Shown here: positions 1 through 12,469 of the stretch, piece by piece | How the letters are laid out: every line of letters begins with the position of its first letter | Numbering within the stretch: position 1 is the stretch's first letter | Assembly: GCA_021613535.1 (NCBI GenBank) | Contig: CP075495.1 | Span: 8,742,001 to 8,806,000, forward strand | Direction of reading: 5' to 3' | Length of the DNA: 64,000 nucleotides | Origin: Adineta vaga | Taxonomy: Eukaryota > Animalia > Rotifera | Translations under genes and position numbers: made by a program | The notes under the pieces: generated by a model | Database searches by the model: none | Told to the model about the DNA's origin: nothing | What the model saw: only the letters and a program-made list of their open reading frames with translations

Positions 1-6
1 ATTTAG

Positions 7-159
7 ATTTATCATTGTGATTGTCCGTTTGATTTTATGAATAATATATCCATTACGGGTAAAACAAATTTCTTCGAAAAACGTGTTGGTGATTATCAAC
101 GAGCTGGTGTTATGGCTGCAATAACTGAACATAAGTTAACACTTGATGCTGATTTTTAA
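7..159 (+). CDS. RRM2: Ribonucleotide reductase small subunit, last exon (gene begins upstream of the window)
   Basis: After an acceptor (tttag, 2-6) the frame reads [36 protein letters not shown]...LTLDADF*, the diagnostic RNR-R2 C-terminus ([19 protein letters not shown]; terminal LDADF). Confidence 0.93.
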   Translation: MYHCDCPFDFMNNISITGKTNFFEKRVGDYQRAGVMAAITEHKLTLDADF

Positions 160-993
160 AAAACAATACGTTTCATTTTTCATCTCTACAATATCTCATT
201 TGATTATGTCTAGCTCTGATCTTCAAATCATATATGTCTGTGTCTATAGTTTCTTTTTCCTTTTGTGTTCGGATATTTTTCTTTTGTATGCACTATGTGT
301 AGCAACTAGCGAAAAGATTAAAGTGTGTAGATGATGAAAAAAAAGAATAAAACAAAAATTTCTATGAAAATACATACTCTTATCTTTGTTGTGGAAGAAA
401 CAATGCTTTTGTAAAAGTAGCATAGATTTAGTATTGACTATTGAGTATAAGTCGATTAAGTCAGTATGTGAAAACTGAATGAATGTGGATATGACATGAA
501 TATGATATTAAAATTCTCTTGATTGTTATTTTGATTATTGAAAATCAGATAAGGATTTCTTTTCATGTTATTTTGTACACTCTATACCTATGAAAAATTT
601 TCAGTGTAAAAGCATAAGAATCGATCGATATTTCGAAATTGCATCTAAGAAAATCCTTGCTGAGTCATTTCAATCTTTCTAGAAAAAAAAGAATATCATG
701 TTTGTCATTTAAACAGAAAGAAAGAAAGAAAACATACTTCAATGACGTTTAATTAGATAGAACGCAATTTCTTCAATTGTTTCAAGTCTATTTGATTTAA
801 AACATCGTCAAATACTTCATTCTCTCTTACGAAAAACTAATCCATCGTTTTATTGATCCACGTATATATACATTATTCATCAAATATCTACCCACCTTTT
901 TCTTTTCTTCTCTTCCGATTCTTTCATCAGACATACATTCGTACAAAAAAAAAATATTTTAGGTGATTTCATTCTAGAAATCATAACGACAAA

Positions 994-1307
994 ATGAATA
1001 AGGTGATTACAACGTTTATTATTCTTGCGTGCTACATGATCGTATTGATCAACTGTGAAAGACCAGCAGAATGTGAATTACCAGCGGTAACCGGTCCATG
1101 TCGAGCAATGTTTCCATCATTTTATTTCAATTCTACGACAGAACGATGTCTTGAATTTACTTATGGCGGTTGTGGTGGTAAGTGTAAATATTATTTTTCA
1201 TACAATCAAGAAGATTTTTATAATCTATTTCAGGAAATGATAATCGTTTTGAAACGGAAGAAGAATGTCTTCGTCATTGTGGAAATCAAACTACTCGTAA
1301 TGGTTAA
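994..1307 (+). CDS. Secreted single-domain Kunitz/BPTI protease inhibitor (2 exons: 994-1177, 1234-1307)
   Basis: Signal peptide, then [35 protein letters not shown]|[16 protein letters not shown]. All six Kunitz Cys are present and P1 is Arg (trypsin-like specificity). Confidence 0.92.
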
Positions 1308-1744
1308 ATCTATACAATGTATATATCATTTTCTTTTTCATTATCATGAAAAACTAATAATCTCAATATCAACTTTTCTCTTCATTGTATTCTTAATAAA
1401 GATAATCTAAATAAATTATAACATATGATTTTGTTCGTCTTTATCCTTTCATTCATCTGGTTGAATTGAATTATATCCTGTTTTCGAAAGAGGTCGTTGA
1501 TTATCAAATATTTGAGATTGGCTGAAATATACTAGTAACATTTTCTTATACATATTGATCATTTTTACCCGACCGACCGATTTGCACATAAGTTAAATAG
1601 GATTATTTGTTTATCATTTCAATTTTTTTCTCTTGGTCTCTATTCTTTTTCGATCATGATCTTTTAAGTTACTAGTAAATCTATCAAACATGAAATATTT
1701 TTGATGATCATCTGTATTATCGTCTGTTTAGAACTATTACCATC

Positions 1745-2812
1745 ATGCCAGAAGAACCGATTCCTTCATATACAATTAAAGATGTTTGGGCACATAATGT
1801 GGAAGAAGAATTTCGTGCTATAAGAAAATTAATTCTTAAATATCCCTTTGTCGCTATGGTAAGCGATATTTGAAAAGAATCTTATAATCATTCGATGTTT
1901 TGTTTAGGATACGGAATTTCCGGGTATTGTTGTTCGTCCATTAGGAGAATTCAAAACTACAGCAGAATATCAATATCAATGTTTGAAATTAAACGTTGAT
2001 TTTTTAAAAATTATTCAATTAGGTTTAACCTTTATGGACAGTCAAGGAAAAAGTCCACCAGGTGTTTGTTCATACCAATTTAACTTCAATTTTAATTTAA
2101 CGTATATAAACATTTTCCTATCAGAAGTTATAATCTTTATAAATATCCTCTCTTTAGAATGGATATGTATGCACAAGATTCAATAGAACTTTTACAAAAA
2201 TCTGGTATACAATTTAAAAAACATGAAGATGAAGGTATTGATCCACATTTATTTGCTGAATTATTAACAACATCAGGTATTGTATTTATGGAAAATGTGA
2301 CGTGGCTTTCATTTCATGCGTATGTAGAAGATTATATGAATTCGATTTCATTCTCTTTTGTTTTTCTACTTTTAGTGGTTATGATTTTGGTTATTTATTA
2401 AAAATGCTCACAGGAAAATTATTACCCGATACTGAAAATGATTTTTTTGAATTAATAAAAATCTTTTTTCCAACTATTTATGATGTCAAATATTTAATGA
2501 AAAGTTGTAAAAATCTCAAAGGTGGCTTAGAAGAAGTTGCCAAACAACTTGAAGTAATTTATTAAAGAATTTGATTATTTATTGATCAGTTTCATTTAGA
2601 TCGAACGTATTGGACCACAACATCAAGCTGGTAGTGATAGTTTAATGACTGGTTTATCATTTTTTAGAATGAAAGAACTATTTTTTGAAGATTCAATCGA
2701 TGAAGGCAAATATTCAGGACATTTATACGGTCTTGGTGCATCTGCATTTCCAGCCGGTGGTTTCGGTTTTGAAAATGATCCTGTTAATATTGTCGACAAT
2801 GAAAGTCCATAG
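1745..2812 (+). CDS. CNOT7: CCR4-NOT deadenylase subunit CAF1/POP2 (CNOT7/8), 5 coding exons
   Basis: [13 protein letters not shown]...FVAM|[11 protein letters not shown]...[15 protein letters not shown]...[10 protein letters not shown]...[13 protein letters not shown]...[17 protein letters not shown]...[13 protein letters not shown]: DEDD nuclease motifs of CAF1. Confidence 0.95.
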
Positions 2813-3113
2813 AATGAGATAATCATGCGAGATGTTTTTTTCTTCTTCTTCTCTTTTGTTTATTCCTTAGCGTTATATGTATCATTTTAACTGTCCATTC
2901 TCATTTTGTTCATTGTTATGTGAGGTCATTTGTACAAAAAAAAAGAAACGTTGAAAGAAAAACCACTAAAACCGATAACTAAAAAATAACGTTACATTTA
3001 TTCGCGATAATTTGAAATTTGAATCTTAGTCGATTTCGCAATTAATCTGAAATGAGGAGTTATTACAAACGTTCGATTGTCAAAACGAAGAAAGTCATAA
3101 TCGTAATATGTTG

Positions 3114-3235
3114 GCGACATCTATGCTACTTATAATTTATTGATATTTTGTTAGTTTTATTGAAAAGAAAATTCGATTTTCGATAGAAAAATGTAAATAT
3201 TCTTATGATTTTATTTTCATTATTCAGAGGGCGAC
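3114..3235. promoter_or_regulatory. Two CTCF-core-like motifs upstream of SGT1 (GCGACATCTATG 3114-3125; CAGAGGGCGAC 3225-3235)
   Basis: GC-rich words in AT-rich DNA resembling the AGRKGKCG CTCF core. The same 12-mer family recurs at 5513 and 52622. Confidence 0.3.
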
Positions 3236-3326
3236 ACATATAATGTATTTTAACCTTCACATATTTATTTATTGCTCAGTATTTGCAACATACTCAAAAA
3301 GGAAAATACGAATCGATTGATAAACG

Positions 3327-4398
3327 ATGGCTTCCAACGCTCAATCTGAATCGGAAGTAAAATCAGCAGTTAGTGTTCAGAAAAAAATCAAGTAAAATAT
3401 CATTCATATACAAACCATCTTATTTATATTTCTTGTTCAATTATAGTCATACATGGTATCAATCTGAGAGTACTGTTGTCGTGGTTATTCCTATTCGAAA
3501 TTTACAACGTGAACAAGTTCATGTTGATTCCACCGAAAATACTGTATGTGTGTTGATAATTGATTACAGAACACAACTATTTATAGATCTTTTATCATTT
3601 AGTTAAGTGTTACTGTAAAATTACCATCTTCCGAAAGTGAATATAATCTTGAAATTGATCTTGCATATCCAATCAATAGTGATCGTACTGATTTTAAAAT
3701 AAATACAGCAAATGTAAGTCAAATATTCGACAATGACAATTAGTTAATCGGATCTTTTAGATTGAAATTCGATTATATAAAGTCGATGCAATTCAATGGA
3801 CATCACTAGATACTCAACATAAACCAAATGCTCCACCAAGTAATTTGATATATTTGAAAATGAAAGAATGATTTGATGTACCATTTTTTTCCATTTTCTA
3901 GTCATTATGAATCGAGCACCTGATACAAAACCAGTACCACCTTCGTATCCATCATCGAGTAAGAAAGCTAAAGATTGGAATAAACTTGAAGTTGAAATAA
4001 CGAAAGAAGAAAAAGAAGAAAAACCTGAAGGTGATGCAGCATTGAATAAGTATGTATCTTCTATGAAAAGATCAAGCATAATATTCAAATTATTAATATG
4101 ATAGATTATTTCAACAAATCTATCGCGATGGAACTGATGAACAAAGACGAGCAATGAACAAAAGTTTTGTACGTTTGTTTTTGCTGTTTAAATTTTTTCT
4201 GTCAATGAATATTTCAATGTTTATGTTTATAGTCGGAATCAGGTGGTACTGTCTTAAGTACTAATTGGGATGATATTGCCAAGCAAAAAACGGAATGTAA
4301 ACCACCTGATGTAAATACGAATCAGTCTATACCGTGAAAATTTCATTACAAGTTTTGTATATTTTTAGGGAATGGAATGGAAATCATATGATAATTAG
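3327..4398 (+). CDS. SUGT1: SGT1 co-chaperone (CS + SGS domains, no TPR domain), multi-exon
   Basis: HTWYQSESTVVV (CS start); SEYNLEIDLAYPI; YPSSSKKAKDWNKLE...EKPEGDAALN..FQQIYRDGTDEQRRAMNKSF|SESGGTVLSTNWDDI...PPD|GMEWKSY (SGS domain). Confidence 0.93.
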
Positions 4399-5512
4399 AA
4401 TAAGAACGATCATTTTACATTTTGGACTGAATGATGAATATTGACTGCTGTGATTTGTGTAGAATTTTTCTTTTCTTTTTTCATCAAAAACATGTTTTAA
4501 ACCTGAACAGAAATGCACTTTTACGTACTAGTTGAAAGAAGCTAACTTCTTTTTTCTATTTCCGTGAGTAAACGAGCAAATTTAAGTCTTATATCGATTC
4601 GTGATTCATTGCTATAGATAATAAATATTGTAAACTATTTGATTTTTCTCGACAATTTTACTAAGTAGTACATTTCCCCTTTCAGTAGCTACCATGATCT
4701 AGAGTGTTTATTGAAAGAAAAAATATTATTAATCGTAGGCGTGATTTATAGAATCTAATGTATTCATTTATTAGTCTTCAAAATTTCATATCAATCTGCT
4801 AAAGATCATAGAATATTGAATGTTCTTTGAGCAATAACATGCTTGTTCACATGTCATAATTATTTTATTATTAGATTTTCTTCTTTCTTCAATTTAGAAT
4901 GCCAAGATGTTTTCCGACTATTGGAATTTGATCTAGTAGCACGTAAAAATGTTTCTATCATTTAGATCGACTGCGTATGACTTCCGATGTTTTCCGTCTT
5001 TCTTGGTTGGAATTGAAGTTCACTTGAGAAACATAGTCTACATTCACGATTCTTTTCTTCTTGATTTCGTTCTCTTATAAAGGTAGGCGTTAGGTCGACT
5101 GAAACAATATTAATAAAACATATATGACTGCAAATCTTAGGTGACAAAAAAAGTAGAAATAATGAATACTCAACAATGCTTCATTTGTTTGTGTATATAA
5201 TGAATGAAAGAAATTTAGTTGAATAAAGAGCACATTAATTTCAACAGCAAAGAAAAGAAAGAGTTTATATTAATATTTGATTGATGCTAGTGAAGATATA
5301 CTATCTCTGATTCATTTTTTGAATATGTTGGTAGGATTGACAAAGAAATGTTTAGAAGACAATAGCACGAATGTGTATATGATAATGAAAGTAATCTCTT
5401 CACTTCATATATAATTCATAGAATTGATCATGCAAATTATTTCATTAGTGTTATTAATTCTGAGCAAATAAATATCATCGTAATAGATAAACTGACTAGA
5501 AGCAAATTGAAA

Positions 5513-5524
5513 GCGCCATCTATG
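5513..5524. promoter_or_regulatory. CTCF/YY1-like motif GCGCCATCTATG upstream of CRIF1
   Basis: The reverse complement CATAGATGGCGC matches the TAGATGGCGC CTCF-type core; it lies ~270 nt before the ATG. Confidence 0.3.
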
Positions 5525-5786
5525 TCCGCCTACGTAAAGGTAAGTTGCGATTATCTTAATGATTATCTAAAATATTACTCGAAAATTTTTCAATTATTCT
5601 TTAATTTATCTTTGTTAAAATAGATGGACGATTCTGTTCAAACATTCCAACACCATCATATTTCCAATTGGTTATTTACATAAATCCGATCATGTCGTCG
5701 TCGTCATCATAGATGTATGTTTTCATCCATCCATCGCTTGCAACCCACTCCAGATAGTCCTTCATCAATCGATAAATTTTCTTCCA

Positions 5787-6813
5787 ATGCTAACTACAAT
5801 ACTATGCCCTAGATGTGTGCGGTTTATGAATCATTTCTCTATTTCTATTTTCCAAAATCGTTATCTTTCAACAAGCAATGATCCATTACCATCATCATCA
5901 TCATCAGTAGATCGACTGAACTCGAAACGACTACAGAACGAGATAGGAATGTTTCACGTTTGCCGGCTGATGTCTATCAACATTTCAAAGGTAAAATGAG
6001 TCGAATTTATCTTATGTATCGCTATATTTTTATAGGATAGGTTTGCCACCAACTGAAATCAAAGAACAGTATCATACACGAGCAAAATTACGTGCACTTT
6101 GGGGTAAATATGGTCGTAAAACTGGTATAGATCCAAAACTATGTTGGCCAACACAAAGTGAAATGAATGAAATAATTGACGATGAACGTGTATATAATAT
6201 GGAATTGAATGAAAAAATCAAAATTGTAAAAGAACGACGTGAAGCCAAACAAAAAGAAGTCGATCAAATGTAAGAAGATAAGAAAGTGTTTCTCTTTATC
6301 ATCATTATATTCTTTTTTAGTCAAGCGAAAGTAGAAAAAAATCTGAAAAATATGCCAAAAATGATCGATGATTTTCGTAAACGAACAATTGAACGTGAAC
6401 GTGCTAAGAAGGCAGAAGTCAAAGTGAAAAGTGATTTAGCTGACCAAGCACGTGATTTTTATGGATTTTCTGTGGATCCTGATGATGAACGTATGCAATT
6501 TATGTTATTACAATTAGAAGAAGCGCAAAAGGCTGAAGAAAAGAAAGCACGTAAAGCAGCTAAGAAATTAGAAGCACATCAACAATTACAAAAACTAATG
6601 GGTATAGCACCAACAGCTGAAGATACAACGGAAATTGATGATACTACAGCACCAATCGATCCATTGGCACCAATACCAGAAGCTAAAGACAAAGAAACGG
6701 ATATGAAATTATTTGCTAAACTTGTTACTGAACGTAGTAAATTAGCTAAAGCTGCATCAAAAATAGCAGATGAACAAGTTGTTAGTCAAACAAAAGGACA
6801 AAAGAAAAAATAA
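5787..6813 (+). CDS. GADD45GIP1: CRIF1 / mitoribosomal protein mL64 (GADD45GIP1), 3 exons
   Basis: Basic mitochondrial-type N-terminus; RALWGKYGRKTGIDPKLCWPTQSEM; NLKNMPKMIDDFR; ARDFYGFSVDPDDERMQ, matching CRIF1 family motifs (GRYG..SG..P..LWP; G..VDP...RF). Confidence 0.8.
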
Positions 6814-7318
6814 TTCATTGAAAACAAAAAGAAAATTTGTATTTACACACATCTTTAGATTTGTTTTGTTTTTCAGATTGAATTACGTTTTAGAAGACAC
6901 GTTGTCAATCATCTTTCATACTTATTACGGTTATTTAAACCAATAGTTTCGCAAATATTCTTTTTAGTTCTGCTTTAACAATGTTAAAACAAAGATTTGC
7001 AAAAATATTAATCGAATGTTAAATAGTGATTGCAATTCCTTGGTAAGTTAAACTAGCTAGAGATCTATCCTTTTTCTTTTAATCTAAGACACGATTAGTT
7101 TGGTAATAGAAGAAAGCCGTTTTTGACTATGGGAATAAAGTACAACTGTTTTTTTAATCTTTAGGCATCATTTGAAAAGACTATTCTTGTTCGTACAGAG
7201 AGTAAAACGAATCTATTTAAAATAAACATTGATAAGACGACTATTTCTATTGATATCTATGAAAAATAGTAATCTCTTATTTATTTTAGATAATGATACA
7301 ACATTAATAAACTTAACG

Positions 7319-7913
7319 ATGGATGAAGTGGATATTATTCCTGAACAAAATCCAACTGACATTGTACGAATAAGTCAATATCCAATTAATGATGACAGTA
7401 ATGATTTATTACCAACTTATTCTCCACGATTAGCTGAACCAATTATAATTCGTGGTGCTGGTCACGTGACAGTTTTTGCATTAAATAATAAATTTGATGA
7501 AGAATATCCACAAGCTCTTACACATAAAGTCTCACGAGATGAATATCAAGAAACGATCAAACGTGTTAATTTAATTCTAAAGAAAAATGTTCCAATTAAT
7601 TTCAAATGGTAAATAACATATTTAATTGAATTTCTCATTTGAAAATTTTTGAATTCATATTTTATGTAGGTTACTTTGTGGTTGCATTTGTTGTTGTTGT
7701 ACAATCGGCCTTTCACTATGTCCTGTTTTATGTTTAAACAAACGTTCAAAAACTGCTGTAAGTAAAGTTCTTGATTGGGAAAATGCACGTCTGTATCATA
7801 AACTTGGTTTACATTGGCGTTTAACAAAACAAAAATGTCCAAATAATGCTGTACAAGAGTATGTTCTTATGATTGAATTTCGTCCACCATTATCATTATC
7901 TCATCCAGACTAA
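7319..7913 (+). CDS. CHIC2: Cysteine-rich hydrophobic domain protein CHIC (Erf4/golgin-A7 family), 2 coding exons
   Basis: EPIIIRGAGHVTVFALNNKFDEEYP..L..KV..DEY...I.RVN...KW|LLCGCICCCCTIGLSLCPVLCLNKR...LDWENARLYHKLGLHWRL...EYVLMIEF...PD*. Confidence 0.9.
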
Positions 7914-8110
7914 TTTATTTTCTCTTTCATTTTTTCTTCTCTCTTTCTTTTTCTCGCTGTTTAATTATTGTATTTGTATATGTACAAAAAACAAAAGAAA
8001 ACAAATATATACAGTTTGTTTTTCTTATTCTAATATAACAAAAAAGGCAAACAAAGTCATTCTTCATTTTAGATCATACATTTTTTTTGTTTCTTTGTTT
8101 CTAATTAACA

Positions 8111-11100
8111 ATGACAACAAATCAACAAACAACAGCAACAGCAACAGTACATCATGCAATTGTGAAATCAATCTTTTCTGGTGATACACTTGTTATTAAA
8201 CCATTAACACGTACATCAGCAAATGAAACGGAACAACGAATTTCTTTAAACTATATTGCTGCACCAAAATTAGCACGACCACCAACAGAAACAAATGCTG
8301 GAGGACCAACTATTGATGAACCGTATGCATTTGAAACACGAGAATTTTTACGTAAAAAATTAGTTGGCCGAGAAATTTGTTATACAATTGATTTTCAAAT
8401 TCCTCAAAGTAATCGTTTAATGTGTACGGTTTATCTTGGCAAAGATAAAGAAACTGGTGAAAATATTATTGAATCATTATTATCTGAAGGTCTTGTTGAA
8501 TTACGACAAACTGGTCAACGTGCTAATGATACAAAATATCAACGTTTAGTTATTATTGATGAACAAGCAAAAGCTAATAAACGTGGACGACATTCTGATC
8601 AATTAGCTGATGTTCATATCCGAAATATGAAATGGTCAATTGATAATCCCAAACAATTTTTCGATGAACATAAATCACAACAACCATTGGATGCTATTGT
8701 TGAATTTGTTCGTGATGGTCATACCTTACGTTGTCTTCTTTTACCATCCTATACTATAGCAACAATACAACTAACAGGTATTAAATGTCCAATGTTAAAA
8801 CGTGAAGGTAGTTCAACAAATGAAACCAATGAACCATTTGCTGATGAAGCAAAACAATTTGTTGATACACGTTTATTACAACGGCAAGTAAAAGTTATTT
8901 TGGATGGTGTGAATAATTCAAACTTAGTTGCAACATTACTACATCCAAATGGAAATATTGCTTTACATCTATTAAAAGAAGGTTTAGCTAAATGTGTTGA
9001 TTGGAGTTTAACTCTATTACAACAAGGTTGGAGAGAAAAATATCGTGCAACAGAAAAACATGCCAAAGATAATCGATTGAGAATTTGGAAAAATTATGTA
9101 GCACAACCAGGACATACTGATAATGATAATCATAATAGTAATGAAGCAGGTGCTACATCAGCAAATGGAAAATCTTCTGATCCATCAATGAAAGGCTATC
9201 AAGTAACATATTGTTTAATATCATCAAGAAGAGTTTTTTTCTTTTTTTTTCTTTAGGCAAAAGTTTTGGAAGTTGTTAATGGTGATGCATTAACTATCCG
9301 TGATTTACGTGATAATAAAGTTCGAAAAATCTATCTTTCATCTGTTCGTGCACCTCGTGCTGCAGATCTTCAACAAAAAAATGATGAAAATAATCCAAAT
9401 ACTAATCGTCCACAAATTAAACGACCTCTTTATGAAATTCCATATTTATTTGAAGCACGTGAATTATTACGTAAACGTTTAATTGGTAAAACTGTTCGTG
9501 TAGTTACTGATTATGTTCAAGCAGCAAGTAACGATTTTCCAGAAAAGATTTGTTGTACTGTTTATGCTGGTAATGTTAATCTTGGTGAAGCCTTAATTTC
9601 AAAAGGTTTGGCTAAAGCTGTACGTCATCGACAAGATGATGAACAACGTTCATCATATTATGGTAAATAATTGAATCAATTCAAAGAAATGAATATAATT
9701 AAATGTCTTGTTTCTTACTAGATGATCTTCTTACTGCTGAACAACAAGCAGAAAAACGTGCGGTAGGATTATTTTCCAATGGAAATGGTCTTCAACGCAT
9801 TGTTGATATGACCGGTGATACGAATAAAGAACGAGCTAAAAGTTCATTAAATGTTCTTCAACAAAAAGGTCGTATGGAAGGTGTCGTGGAATTTGTTGCA
9901 AGTGGTTCTCGTTTTCGTGTACATTTATTGAAAGATAATTGGATCATTTCATTCATATTATCATCAATAAATTGTCCTCGAGCTGAACGACGTGTTCCTG
10001 TTAGTGGAAATACACAACAACAAAAAGTTGAACCTGCTGAACCATTTGGTGCTGAAGCATTAACCTTCTCGAAAGAACACTTCTTACAACGGTATATTTG
10101 TTTCAATGAATCAATTTGTGTAATATTTTTTGACATTTTAGTGATGTCTTTGTTGAAATCGAAAATATGGATCGTGGTGGTAATTTTATTGGTCGTTTAA
10201 CTACTGTTGATGGACATTCAGCTGCCTTGATGCTTGTTCAAGCTGGTTTAGCTAAAGTTCATGATTCTGCTTACGGTACACCGCTTTACAAACAATTATT
10301 AGAAGCTGAAGATAAATGTCGAAAAGAACGTTCCGGTGTTTGGACTAATTATGAAGAACCAGTAGCAAAAGATGATGAAGATAATGAAGGAGAAACTAAT
10401 CCTGAAAGTAATTTATCAAAGAATAATGATATAATTCAAAATAAAACTTATGCTTTTTTTTTACATTGTTTCTAGGTGCCCAAGATGAAGCTGTATCAGG
10501 TCCAGCTCCAATTAATTTTAATGATTCACGATTTCGTCGTGTAGTTGTTACTCATGTTACTGACGACTTAAAACTCTATGTGCAATATTCTGAACAAGGA
10601 TCGAAAGTTGAACAATTACAAACTGAATTACGTGATATTTTTAATCAAACAAAACCTGTCGGTGGTCATGCACCGAAAAAAGGAGAATTATTAGCTGCAC
10701 GTTTTACTGCTGATAATGAATGGTATCGTGCACGTGTTGAAAAAATTGAAAACAATAATCGTATATCTGTTTACTTTGTCGATTATGGAAATCGAGAAAT
10801 CATTAATGAACTAAATCGACTTACAGCATTACCACCTGGTATGTATGTTATCGTTATTATTGTTAGTGTTTGGTAAAAGTCTGTTTTTTTTATGAACGAG
10901 AGAATTTCTACATTATAACATTACAAGATAGATAGAATATTGTTTTTTCTTCTAGGTTTCTCACAATTACCAGCACAAGCTCATGAATGTGACTTAGCTT
11001 TTGTACGACCTCCACCTGATCAAGAAGATCGTCAAGAGGCAAAAAATGCTTTACTTGATGAAATCGCAAATGATGAATGTTTAATAAAAGTTGAATATCG

Positions 11101-11350
11101 TCAAAATAATAGCGAACATGTATCACTCTATCGTGCTAGTAACAAAGAAAATATCATCAAAACTCTATCCGAACAAGGTCTTATCGTTATCGGTCAAGGT
11201 CGTGGTGGTCGTTCAATGCGTCCAACACCATTATATGATGAATTACAACAAGCTCAAGCAAAAGCAAAAGCAGCTCGTACTGGTCTTTGGCAATATTCGG
11301 ATCAAATTGAAGATGATGCCACTGAATTCGGCTTTACCGGACGTAAATAA
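8111..11350 (+). CDS. SND1: Tudor staphylococcal nuclease (Tudor-SN/p100), 6 coding exons
   Basis: Tandem SN domains (VKSIFSGDTLVI, DEPYAFETREFLRKKLVG, VEFVRDGHTLR, VVNGDAL, VEFVASGSRFR), Tudor domain (ARFTADNEWYRARVE...VYFVDYGNRE) and a LWQYSDQIEDDATEFG C-terminus. Confidence 0.96.
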
Positions 11351-12469
11351 ACACTAACAATAACAAAAACAATAACAACAAAATCATGATTTTAATTTCA
11401 TATATGTTTACCATCAATTTTAGCCTTTGTTTGTTTTGTTTTCAAAAAAAAAAGATTTTCCATTGTTTTTCTTTTTGTTTCTGTTTGAATATATATACAC
11501 ACATACACATACAAACATACATCTGGTTATATATTTATTTATTTATTTATTTTCTGTCGTTATTTCTTGTTGATCGAATGCTCAAGAGAATATTTTCCAC
11601 AAGAAAACTAGATCATCTTGTTACTATCAATTCTGTTCGTATTTTTTGTTGGTTGTTCCTAGTAGATTTATTTCTTTTTTTTTCTTCTATGTACGTGTCT
11701 TGGGTGTTTTATTTGTTTGTTATGCATATGTGTGTGTGTGTGTATGTATGAATGAGTGAAGAACAGTTATCGTTTTGATTTTTGAAGGATTATAAAAAAA
11801 ACGATTGGAAATGAATTGATTATTCTTTTTTTATATTGATTGATGAATGTCAATAATTGATACGTATGATTTATATGAAAGAAAAGAATGATACGCTTCA
11901 ATTAGTGGCCTTTCCGGAGAGAAGAGAAAAAGACAAATCATATGTATAGACGATCGATTTCAAGGTTTATTCGAATTTCACCGTATAAAATTAGTATAAT
12001 ATGAACAATGTCGAAAAGAAATCATGATCTGTACTCTTATTTTGTCAATTAAATATCAAATGAATATACATAAATAATCTTTGTCTAATAACAACATGAC
12101 AAAAGGTGATGATTTGCTATATTCTCTTTCGATAGATTTAAATATCTGATTCTTAAATTCATTTTTGAAGATACTGTATCATTACTGATCATATTTAAAT
12201 AATCATCTGTTTTTCACACTATCATGATTTAACTGTGTGTAATGATATGGGTATGCATGAGTACCCGCATACTCGAACTAGTACTTCTCATCAAAGTACT
12301 ATGAAATAGAGACAAAATATTAATGAATAAAAGAAGAAGAAAAAAGAAAAAAACAGAAAGAAAAAAAGATACAAATAAAAGGACGAACTCGGCATACATA
12401 TAGACAATATTAGTTCGTTGTACTTGTCATCGTGATCATTCAGTCGTCAACTATTCAATTATATTGAAA

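Noticed and set aside
4431-4506. ATGATGA...CTGA pair resembling a C/D snoRNA
   Set aside because: It lies in the SGT1 3' UTR with no terminal stem or evident rRNA guide; these words are common in AT-rich DNA.
8749-10136. Antisense ORFs over SND1 (and similar ones over DNAJB, EFHC1, C1GALT1, FoxG)
   Set aside because: Shadow ORFs of real coding exons.
11386-11751. Hydrophobic F/Y/C-rich ORFs (also 143-334, 60812-61009, 63395-63781)
   Set aside because: Translations of T-rich UTR/intergenic sequence and microsatellites, not plausible proteins.
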